From an uncultured Acidobacteriota bacterium (GTDB lineage: Bacteria > Acidobacteriota > Vicinamibacteria > Vicinamibacterales > CAVVIG01), in contig CAVRVW010000007.1 of the NCBI GenBank assembly GCA_963724695.1, positions 46,503 to 110,502 on the forward strand: 64,000 bases of DNA, written 5' to 3'. Positions 54,919 to 64,000 of the stretch are shown here, piece by piece (the stretch's first letter is position 1; every line of letters begins with the position of its first letter). The position numbers were made by a program, and so were the translations under genes. Below the pieces are notes generated by a model. It was not told the DNA's origin. It searched no databases and saw only the letters and a list, made by a program, of their open reading frames with translations.

Positions 54919-56387
54919 ACGCGACTTGACCCCGTCGCGCTGGGCGATGCGCCGGGCCACGAGCGCGCCGGAGTTCAGCGCGCCCTCCATGTAGCCGACG
55001 AAGGCGTAGCAGGTGTGCTCGCCGGCGAAGTGCAGGTCGCGCCTCCTCGGGCCACAGCAGCGGGCCGACCGTCGTGACCTGCCCGGGCGCCGGGAACGAG
55101 TACGACGCGCGCGTCCACGCGTCGGACGGCCAGTCCATGAAGCGATCGCTGACGAAGCTCGCCCGATGCCCGGGTACACCTTGCCGAGCTCGGGCAGGTA
55201 GTTCTCGACCGCGGCGCCGCCGGCCACTCGCGGCACGTGTCGGCGGCGGCGCCGCCCGAGAAGGCGCACATCGCGCGCCGGGGCCTTTCTGGCCGTCGGT
55301 CTCGTGCCAGGTCAGTTGATCGGGCCGTCGGTCAGCAGTCGGGCGCCAGCTCGGCGCGCCGCCAGAACCGTTGCTGCAGCGCGATGAGGAACTTGACGTT
55401 GCTGCCCATCTGCGGCGTCAGCGCGCGGCGGCAGCGGCGGCTCGATCCCGATCTTGTTCCAGATCGACGGCGGCATGGCGAGGATCACGTCGTCGCCTCG
55501 AGCGTCTCGCCGGACGCGAGCGTGACGCGACGCCCGCGGCGCCGTGGTCGATGCCTTCGACGGTGTCGAGGCGCACGCGCGCGCGGGCCGATCGCCGCCA
55601 GCAGCTTCCGCGCCAGCGTCTGGTTGCCCCGGGCGCAGCGGTAGACCTCGCTGTCGGTCCAGTACTTCTCGACGCCGCCGCCCTTCACCATCGCCAGGTT
55701 GCCGAGATAGCTCTGCCACTCGCTGCGGACGCCGTTGTCGCCGTCATCATCGCGTCGATGCGCCTGCTTGCAGCGGCGAGGCGTTCAGCGTCGGGATCCA
55801 CGACGCGAGCGTCCGCTCGTCGAGCGCCTCGGCGTTCGGCGCGTCCACGGCCGGTCCGCGTCGGCCACCTTGGCCGCGTCGGCGTTCATCTGGTTGACGG
55901 CCTCGTCCATCTCCTCCCAGAGCGCTTCGGCCTCCTCCTCGGTCGAGGCGCTTGCCGCCGAGCATCATCGGGAAGTCGAAGTCCTCTTCCTCGGTGACGT
56001 CGAGGAACGTCAGCTTGAAGCGATCGGCGTAGGCGACCCAGGTCGGATGGTTCGAGCCGACCAGCTCGCCGCCGCCTTCGACGTGCTTGCCGGGGACGAA
56101 GTCGCGGAAGGTGATGACGCGGCCGCCGACGCGGTTGCGCGCCTCGAGCACCGTCACGTCGTAGCCGGCGCTCTTCAGCTCGAAGGCGGCGGCCAGGCCG
56201 GAGAAGCCGGCGCCGACGACGATGACGCGCTTGCCGGCTTGGCCTGCGCGAAGGACCCCGAGCGCTGAGGAGCAGGCCGGCGGACGCGGCGAGCGTCGCC
56301 TGCAGCATCTCGCGGCGGGTGAGATCCGCGTGCGTCGTGGCGCTCGCCGAACGCGCTCGATGCGTCGCCGCGTAGAACAGCGGCCAC
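54919..56387 (-). pseudogene. flavin-containing amine oxidase (monoamine oxidase family) with Tat-like signal, heavily frame-disrupted; 3' boundary unresolved
   Basis: AGGAGG lies 4 nt upstream of GTG 56387. Recognisable parts are [19 protein letters not shown], the dinucleotide fold [39 protein letters not shown], and the C-terminal LHFAGEHTCYAFVGYMEGALNSGALVARRI. There is no in-frame stop before the VWA gene in the frame as written. Confidence 0.65.
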
Positions 56388-56434
56388 TGATCCTCCTTAG
56401 GCTGACGCGCCGCGTCGCCGGCATCGCGGCCTGT

Positions 56435-58106
56435 CTACTCGATCGTGAACCACTGCACTTCGACGCGCCGGTTCTGGTCCGAGTCCGGCGACACCGGCTC
56501 TTCCCAGCCGCGGCCGACGACCTCGATGCGGGCGGCGTCGACGCTTGTAGCGCTCGATCGAGCAGCTGCCGGATCTCGGCCGCGCGCTTCTTGCTCAGCT
56601 CCATCGCCTTGAGCGCCTGTGTGCGCACGAACGCCTCGCCGCCCTTCTTGCGGAACTCCTCGACCAGCGCGTTGTCGACGTGGCCGCGCAGCAGGATCGT
56701 CGAGCCCGGGCTCACCTGCAGCAGCTGCTTGATCGCGTCGAGGTTCCTGCAGGTTCGCCTGGTTCGCGAGGTCGAGCGTCGCCGAGTTCGGCTCGAACAG
56801 GAAGCGGATGTCCTTGCTGAGCAGCGGATCGCCCTCGAGCGACCCGGTGCCGCCGGTGCGGATCGGCGCGATCGCGACCTTCTGATCCTTGAACTGCCCG
56901 CCCTTCGAGCGCCTTGAGCGCCGCCAGGTCGACGAAGCGGTCGGCGTCGGGCGGATCCTTGATCAGGTCGGAGCCGTAGGCGAGCACCGCCGACTGGTAG
57001 ATGCCGCCGAAGCTGCCGGCGGCGTCGATCGCGCCGGAGAAGAACGCGAGGTTCTCCGGCAGGTTCGACAGGTGCACCTTGGCGAGCTCGGCCTCGCGCG
57101 TCGTCGCGCGTCCACTTGAAGGCCTTGCCGACGGTGTCGAGGTGCGCGTCGCGGTTGTCGCGCACCATGCGGTTGCCCTCGAGCAGGCCCTGCACGAGGC
57201 CCGCGACGATCTTCGGGTTCTGCTCGGCGAAGCCGCGGTGCACCACCAGGACGTCGGCGACGACGAGCAGGTTCGGTTGGTGGTGAGCACGTGCGCCTTG
57301 CCGCCGCTCTCCTCGACGACCTCGGAGACCTTCGGCTCCCACGTCACGCACCCGGCGAGCTGGTTCGCGCCCGACTTGATGTCGCGCAGGAACAGCTCGC
57401 CGGCCGCGACGCCGTCCTCGGTGTAGACCAGGTTGATGCGGTCGGGCTCGGCGTGGCGTCGAGGCTGCCGAGCATGTTGACCGCCAGGCCGGCTTCCTGC
57501 GCGAGGTAGCGGAGGAAGAAGTCGGCCTCGGTGAACTGCGCGGTGGCGACCATCTTGCCCTTGAGGTCGTTGATCTTCTTGATGTCCGCGCGGACGACGA
57601 GGCCGTCGGCGCCGCGCGAGTAGCCGATCTGCACCGGCACCACGGCGTGGAACTGGCGGCCGTAGGCGGCGAGCACGTCGACGGTCGTCACCGAGGCGGC
57701 GATCTTGCCCTGGTTCAGGTCGCGACCAGCTCTCGTCCTCGCTGATGGTCAGCTTCACCTTGAAGCCGCCGTTCTTGAAGAAGACCGAGTTCTCGGTCGG
57801 CTCGAGGCCGCCGTTGGCGGCGATGAGCCCGGCGTAGCCGGCGTACTCGCTGATCTCGATCGGGACGATGTTGTCCTTCAGCGTGAACGGCGCCGGCGGC
57901 GCCAGCCGCGGCACTTCGACCTTGAAGTCGACGACCGCCGGCGCCTCGCCGGCGTCCCGCCGCTCTGCCGCCGCGGGATCGCCGGCCGCGCCTCCGCCGC
58001 CCCGGGCGATCCTGACCAGGTAGGCGCCGAGCGCGACGCAGCCCGCGCGATGAGGGCCGATGGAAGCGAGCTTTCCGACCGCGGTGATGCGGCGCTTCGA
58101 GCGCAT
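56435..58106 (-). pseudogene. membrane-anchored NMT1/THI5-like substrate-binding domain fused to a C-terminal OmpA-like domain, frame-disrupted
   Basis: MRSKRRITAVGKLASIG start (ATG 58106). SBP-like blocks are [62 protein letters not shown] and [16 protein letters not shown]. The OmpA-like end is [48 protein letters not shown]...[12 protein letters not shown]-stop at 56435. Confidence 0.65.
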
Positions 58107-58842
58107 CAGTCGTCCTGGGCCGATCTGCTTCTCGGTCGCCGGCGCGCTCGCTCGCCGACGCCGGCGCCTGCACGCCCTGGCTGGCGAGGAACTCGGCCAG
58201 CGCGTTCTGCTCGAGCGCCTTGCGCTCGCTTTCCTTCTCCTGGATCTCGTCCATGTCGACCATGTCCTTGGCGACGCGGGCCTTGCCGGCCGAGACCTCG
58301 TAGCGCTTCTGCGAGGACGCCTTCGACGTCCTTCAGCGTGTCGCCGAGATCGCCGACCTTGAAGGCGGTGTTGCCGAGGGCGGCGGCGGCTTCCGCCTGC
58401 GCCTCCTTGATCTGCACCTGCGAGAGCTGCTTCTCGAGCCGGCGGACCTTGTCCTCGAACTCGCGCTGGACGACCTTGGCCTGGCGCAGGTTGGTCTGGT
58501 AGGCCTCCTCGGTCTCCTTCAGCTCCTCGGTGTCGGTCGTCAGGTCGGCCTTCAGCTCCTGCAGCTCGCGCGCGAGCGTGCCGGCGAGCTCCATGTTGCC
58601 GGCGCGTGGTTGGCGAGGATGCGGCGCTCGAGATCCTGGGCCCTGGCCGTCTTGCTCTTGACCTGACCCTTGAGGCGCTCGGCGACGCCGGCCATGCGGG
58701 CCAGCGCCATGTTGTATTGCGCCATCTTCGCGCGGAAGTCGTCGCGGGCGGCCGCCATGAGGGCTTCAGGGTTGGCTTCCTCGATGCCGCTGATGAACAG
58801 GCTGAGGAAGCCGCGGACCAGCCGTCCGATGCGTGCAAACAT
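58106..58842 (-). pseudogene. PspA/IM30 (ESCRT-III superfamily) coiled-coil protein, frame-disrupted
   Basis: GGAG lies 8 nt upstream of ATG 58842. MFARIGRLVRGFLSLFISGIEEANPEALMAAARDDFRAKMAQYNMALARMAGVAERLKGQV (58552..58842) continues in 58106..58594 (ELAGTLARELQELKADLTTDTEELKETEEAYQTNLRQAKVVQREFEDKVRRLEKQLSQVQIKEAQAEAAAALG) and 57715..58263 (VDMDEIQEKESERKALEQNALAEFL). Confidence 0.7.
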
Positions 58843-58906
58843 GCGAAGTCTCCGTCGAAGGTGAGCTCGAATTCGCGAGTGTAGCCGCCAGGGAGAACGT
58901 CACGCC

Positions 58907-60626
58907 TCAAACGAACCGCCGCAGCTCGGTGATCCGCGTCTCGATCTGCTCCGGGGTCAGGTCGCGGAACCGCGGCGGCAGGAAGCGCTGTCGGTGCACT
59001 CCTTGACCGCCACGAGGTCCATGTATTCGAGCTTGCGCGTGTGCGCGCTCGGCCGCACTTCGCCGAGCACGCCGGCCGAGGATGTCGCGCAGCGGCCGGC
59101 TTCGGCTCGGGCGCCAGCTCCCACACGCGGAGGGCGCGCACCAGCACGCCCTCGATCTCGTTGCTGCCGAGGCCCTGCGACGGGTCGAGCGCCGGCAGGT
59201 CGTCGTCCGTCAGCGGGAACTTCAGCTTGCGGGCGATGGCCCGGAACAGCGCCCGCATCTCGTCGGGCGTCTCCGGCGCGAAGAGCGGGATGTGGACGTC
59301 GAGGCGGCCCTGGCGCTTCAGGTCGACCTCGAGGAGGTCGGGCCGTGACGTGGCGAAGACCCAGAGAATCCGACCGCGGTTGCGCGTGTCCGACATCTCC
59401 TTCGCGAGCATCGCGTAGACGCGGCCGGAGAGGCCCCCGTCCGTGTCGCCGCCCTCGCGCTTGCCGGCGGCCTGGTCGGCTTCGTCGACGAAGACCAGCA
59501 CCTGTCCGATAGCTTTCAGGACGGAAAAGATCTTCTCGAGGTTCGATTCGGTGGCGCCGACCCACCGATCGCGGAAGTTCTTGAAGACGACGCACGGGAT
59601 GCCGAGCTCGCCGGCCCAGCACTGCACCAGGTAGGTCTTGCCGGTGCCGATGCGCCCGGCGACGAGATACCCCATCGGCAGCGCGTGCAGCGCGCCCTTC
59701 TCGAGCAGCTTCTGGTCCTCCCGCAGCCACGCCTTGACGGCGTCGCTGCCGGCCATGTCGTCGAGCGTCAGCTTCGACTCGATGAAGTCGAGCAGCCCCT
59801 GGCACTCCGACTCGATCAGGTCCTTCTTGATCTTCGACACCCAGTCGGCGGTGAGGCGCTGGCCGCTCCGCGTCGCCATCGTCACCAGGCGGCGGGCGCC
59901 GACGCGGCTCAGGCCGGTGAGGCGCTGGCCGAGCGTCGCAGCGGCAGGTCGCTGCGCTGCGAGGTCCGGGATCGGCGGCGGCCGCGAGCGACTCGACGTA
60001 GGCGCCATCTCGGCCTCGTCCGGCAGCGGCAGCTTGATCTCGGCCGCGTGCGGGTTCTCGACCACCAGCGCGTTCAGGTCGTGCAGGCCTTCGGCGATCA
60101 GCACGGTGATGATGTTGGCCTGCAGGATCGCCGGATCGTTGGCCCAGCCGAGCACCTTGACGACGTTGGCGGCGAACGGGCCGCCGAGCTGCGCGGCGTC
60201 GCCGCGCGGCACGACGAACTCGGCGAAGTCGACGATGACGGCGACCTTGCGCGGCGTCGCCGCGCCGCGCCGGCCGCTCGGCCGACCGCCGCCAGGTTCA
60301 GCGTCCGCAGCAGGTAGCGATCGATCAGCTCCAGCGCCACGCCCGGCTCGCGCGTCGAGCTGATCGGGTTGGCGTCGCCGAGCGCCTGCTGCAGCCAGGC
60401 GCCCCAGTCGTCGGCGCCGCGCGTCGCGCGCACGCCGCGGCTGCGGTCGTAGTGCAGCACGGTGTCGTAGGCGCGCGAACATCGCCTCGTCGAGGAACGC
60501 CTTCAGCGAGAGCTGGCGATCGCCGTGCGGGATGACGTCGAAGACGTTGCCGTGGAGCAGGAACTGGGCGACCGATCCGGATCGGAACAGGTCGCGCATC
60601 TTGGAGGCCCAGGCGGGGAGCGGCAT
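58907..60626 (-). pseudogene. classical-clade AAA+ ATPase with a distinct N-terminal domain, frame-disrupted
   Basis: Walker A GYLVAGRIGTGKTYLV, Walker B VLVFVDEADQ, second region of homology ATSRPDLLEVDLKRQGRLD. The N-terminus is MPLPAWASKMRDLFRSGSVAQFLLHGNVFDV. Pieces lie in 56712..60626, 60098..60460 and 58957..59805. The reconstructed end is FLPPRFRDLTPEQIETRITELRRFV-stop at 58907. Confidence 0.75.
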
Positions 60627-60645
60627 GTCGGCGTCGGCGTGTCCG

Positions 60646-61507
60646 TCAGTTCAGCTCGCCGGGCGCGCGTCTGGCGCGGACGCAGCGGCGGCGGCTCGGA
60701 AATCAGGTCGTCCATGGCGCCGATCGTCTTCTGCTGATCGGCGATCCACTCGCCGGTCGTGCCGAGCGTGGCGCTGATCTCGTCGATCCGCTGCGACAGG
60801 TGCTCGGGATCGGTCGAGAGCGCGGCCTGCTCGCGGATCAGCTCGACCTGCTCCTCGATGCGGGTCAGCTCCGCGTCGAGGAACGCGAGCTTCTGCGGCC
60901 TCGCCGCGCCGCGCGACGCGCTGCTCGAGGAGGTCGGCCTGGCTCGAGGCTGCGGCGCAGATCGTCGCCGACCGACGGGTCGGCCAGCCGCCGCCTCAAC
61001 TCGGCGAGCCGCTGCTCGAGGCTGGGGCCCCGCAGGCTAGTATCGGCATCTTCGACCACCCTCACCACGGCTTGCCGCGTGACGAGCAACCTCAGGTACA
61101 TCCATAACAGACGACCCAGGCCCTCGTCGTGTTCCCGCAGACCGTGCGGCACGGAGCCGCCCTGCGCAAGTTGATCGAGCACGGTCTGGCACCGCGTGGA
61201 CAGCGTCTGGTAGCGCCGGCGTTCCCGATCGCCGAGGCGTGCGACGAGGCCGTCAATTTCTCGCGTCATCCCGATCGGATTCGCTCGCATCCGCCGCGTC
61301 GACCACGCGCTGAAACCGCTGGTTCGTCGCGAGCACCGCCAGGTAGCCGAGCTCGAGCCCCGCGCCGAGCACCCAGAAGCCGGGGTTGGCCACGCCGAGC
61401 AGCGCAAACGCGCCGAGCCCCACCCAGTTCGGCGGCACGAACATGCCGATCGGCCGCGCGCTGAAGGCGGCTCGCACGTAGTCGAAAAAGCCGTGAGGCT
61501 TGGGCAT
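60646..61507 (-). pseudogene. membrane protein (two hydrophobic helices) with long C-terminal coiled coil, first gene of the PspA/AAA+ operon, frame-disrupted
   Basis: MPKPHGFFDYVRAAFSARPIGMFVPPNWVGLGAFALLGVANPGFWVLGAGLELGYLAVLATNQRF (61253..61507), then REIDGLVARLGDRERRRYQTLSTRCQTVLDQL...LEQRLAELRRRLADPS (60865..61521), then a further helical segment. The stop TGA lies 19 nt before the AAA+ ATG. Confidence 0.55.
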
Positions 61508-61514
61508 CGGGTTG

Positions 61515-61775
61515 GGGGCAATTGTACTGGCTCTGGGCTCCGGGCTTCAGGCTCCAGGGCCTGCGGGCTCGGGCTTCTGGCTACGGGCTCAGGGCTTACG
61601 GCTCAACACCTCACTAAGTGTTGACGGAGTCTGGAAGCTCGCCGCAGAAGATCTCGGCAGACGGAGTACCAGAGCCGGCGAATGGTAATTGCCTGGAGGC
61701 TAGAGGCTAGAGGCTGGAGGCTAGAGCCTGAAGGCCGAAGCCCCTGAAGCCCGAAGCCTGGAGCCCGAAGCCCGT
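61515..61775. repeat. large hairpin of gggctc/gaagcc words enclosing a ~90-nt unique core
   Basis: ggctctgggctccgggcttcaggctccagggcctgcgggctcgggcttctggctacgggctcagggcttacggctc ... ggaggctagaggctagaggctggaggctagagcctgaaggccgaagcccctgaagcccgaagcctggagcccgaagccc. Confidence 0.8.
61658..61672 (-). promoter_or_regulatory. sigma54-type -24/-12 promoter-like element upstream of the PspA/AAA+ operon
   Basis: The minus strand reads TGGTACtccgtCTGC, with GG and GC at the canonical spacing of TGGCACG-N4-TTGC. It sits in the unique core of the 61515-61775 hairpin, about 150 nt upstream of ATG 61507. A competing sigma70-like TACAAT lies at 61521-61526 (minus strand), 13 nt from the ATG. Confidence 0.25.
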
Positions 61776-64000
61776 TAAGGCAGCGTCCACTCCACGCCGA
61801 CCCACGCCGCGCGAGGCGCGCCGGGGCTGAGGAAGCGCGGATTGTCGAAGTCGTCGCCCAGCACGTCGTCCGCCTCGCCGAGAAGACCGAAGGTTTCGAA
61901 CCCGGCATCGAACAGGTTCGTGACACGCGCCGTCAGACGGAGGCCGCGGCCGAGCGTGTAGCCGGCCGTCAGATTGACGGTGGCAAATCCATCCACCGGC
62001 TCGAGCAGGTTGGCTTCGTCGCCGCGCAGGAACTGCGACGAATTGACGAGCACGTTCGCGCCCGCCGACCAGCGGTTGCTGGCATAGAACAGGCCGCCCT
62101 TCAGGTTGTGACGCGGGAGGCCCGGCAGTCGCTCCCCGGCTCCACTTCGATCTCGCCGTCCTCTTCGTCCGGATGGTTGGGGCTGCTGAGCGTCAGCGGG
62201 GTCTGGAACGTCGCGCGCAGGTAGGTGTACGCCGCCGTCCAGCCAAGGCAGGCGTCCACTGACCCGAGGCGCCGAGCTCGAGGCCGCTCCGGACCGTGTC
62301 GCCGACGTTCTCGAAGTGCCCGTCGTTGGTCAGCGCGCCGCTGCTGATGAAGATGATGTCGTCCTGGTTCGCGGTCCGGAACACCGCGGCAAACCAGGTG
62401 GCGCGCCCGGTCCGGCCCCGCATGCCGCCCTCCAGGTGTCCGCCACGACCTGATCGAGCGGCGGATCGGCCACGAACGCGTTCGGCAGCCGGCACGGATC
62501 GTCTGGATCCGCGCAGCTCAATTCTGACGGCGTCGGCACTCGCGACGACACGCTGTAGCTTCCGTACGCCGAAACGCCGCGAGGCAGCTGGAAGGTCGCG
62601 CCCGCGGCGGGATTCAACCGGGTGAACGTGTGATCGCCGTTCAGGTCGTCGCCGATCTGATCCCGCAACTCCACGGTGCTGTGCGTGAGGCGCGCCGATC
62701 CCGCTCAAGGTGAGGCGAGGTGTGACGCTGAAGAAGTCCGCCACATAGAGGCCGGCGTTGCGCACGGTGGTCTTCAAGCGAACCGACGCGTCATCGTCGA
62801 AAATGCCGACACCTTGCGCCCCTCGCGTGTCGTCCAGCCTGGCCAGCTCGGTGTCCGCCTCGTAGTCCGACCCCGCTCCATCGAAGCTTCCGCCGGCAAT
62901 CAGGCTGTTGGCACGCGCTCCGAAGGGGCTCGACATCGTGGCCTGCAGACCGGTGCCCCAGCCCTGCGAGCTCGTCCTCGATGTGTTCGTGGTCCCGTTG
63001 TAGGCGTCGGCGGGCACGGGCACGACCTGTCCGAACTGGTCGCGAATCGGGTCGTCGTCTCCCTCGACACACAACAGGTGGTCAAACTCATCGTCATCGC
63101 ACGGCTCGTAGGCGCTGTCGTCGCCGTTGAGCGTGCGCACCGTGGCGGGCCGATACGAGACGATGAGGTCGAGCAGGAAATCGGGGCGGACCGTATGACG
63201 GGCCGAGAGCGTGAAGAGACCGAGGCTGGTCTTCGTCTCGTCGGGATGCGTGAAGATGGCTGCGCGGTCCTCGTCGAGGAGCTGCACCGGCGCCGGGCCG
63301 TTGCCAATCAAGCGATTGCCGCCGGCCGTGACCGACGCGCCGACCGTCGTGGCATCGCCCCGCCACTCGATGTTGCCGAAGAACTGCTTGATGCGCGACT
63401 CGGAGAAGTCGCGCCACCCGTCTTCGCCGAGCAGCCGCGCGGCGGCAAGGTACGACAGACCGCCGCTCTGGCCGATCCGGCCGCCGCTCGAGAGGTCGGT
63501 CCACACGCGGCCGAACGAGCCGGCGAACACGCTTGCCGCGTGCCCCGGATGGCTCGCGCCGGTCTTGGTCTGCACCGACAGTGCGCCACCGAGGGCGTTC
63601 AGGCCGAACAGCGGATTCGACCCGGGCATCAGGCTGATGCTGGCGATGGCGCTCGTCGGAAGCAGATCCCAGTTGACCGTGTCGCCAAAGGGCTCGTTGA
63701 CGCGGGCGCCGTCCTGATAGACGGCGATGCCTTGCGGCAGCCCGAGCAGCGGAGATGCCGCGAAGCCGCGAAACTGGATGTCCGGCTGGAACGGGTTGGC
63801 TTGCGCCTCGTTGAAGGTCACGCTGCGGAAGCCACGTGCCAGCACGTCGCTCGCCTGCGCCCCCGGCACCCGCGCGATCTCCGCTGCGGTCGCCGTCTGC
63901 ACGTTGGCGGGCACCTTGTCGCGGGAAACGCCGAGCCCATGGATGGGCGTGACGCCGACCACTTCAACCGTCTCTTCGATCTGGACCGGCGGCGGGTCCG
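61775..64000 (-). pseudogene. TonB-dependent receptor, 5' end outside window, frame-disrupted
   Basis: Plug and early barrel are in 62193..63962 (FNEAQANPFQPDIQFRGFAASPLLGLPQGIAVYQDGARVNEPFGDTVNWDLLP; SLMPGSNPLFGLNALGGALSVQTKTG). Later strands are in 62330..62674. The C-terminal piece 61775..62053 reads LTARVTNLFDAGFETFG...AAWVGVEWTLP-stop. The frame stays open to the window end. Confidence 0.7.

Noticed and set aside
56712-60626. Giant 1304-aa ORF on the minus strand
   Set aside because: It is a chimeric read-through. Only its N-terminal part (AAA+ ATPase) and short later stretches (start of the NMT1/OmpA fusion) look like real protein. The middle is Arg/Ala/Pro-rich nonsense in the wrong frame of the PspA gene. 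It is better explained as three genes plus frame breaks.

Overview
This is a 64-kb, visibly GC-rich bacterial chromosomal window. Its gene content points to Acidobacteriota (inference): an acidobacterial-type VWFA protein, an ECF sigma plus Ser/Thr kinase-TolB propeller pair, CarboxypepD_reg-TonB receptors, a DUF1800/DUF1501 pair and many PQQ-like propellers. I recognised about 45 protein genes and saw no rRNA, tRNA or CRISPR array. Highlights: (1) At 605-1993, a TIR-like effector fused to an effector-associated domain (EAD) is followed by a two-EAD adaptor protein. This is a conflict-system module with no NTPase partner in the window. (2) At 56.4-61.5 kb, a minus-strand operon encodes a membrane/coiled-coil protein, a classical AAA+ ATPase, PspA/IM30 (ESCRT-III superfamily) and an NMT1-like/OmpA fusion, an ESCRT-III/Vps4-like arrangement. 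(3) Three copies (47.9 kb, 49.6 kb inverted, 51.5 kb) of a ~250-nt non-coding element share an invariant core and show compensatory base changes in predicted helices. They bracket a lower-GC islet holding an IS481-type transposase remnant fused to a duplicated gene 3' end. (4) Divergent genes encode a PHM-like copper monooxygenase and a PAL-like NHL propeller, a split peptide-amidation-like pair. (5) Nearly every intergenic region carries long hairpins or arrays built from ~7-nt-period word repeats belonging to a few families. (6) Reading-frame disruptions cluster in blocks (17.4-20.4, 28.8-29.8, 33.6-37.2, 37.6-47.9 and 54.1-64 kb) while long neighbouring genes are intact. The sequence alone cannot separate an assembly artefact from real decay. 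All homology calls are by-eye motif recognition, not database searches.
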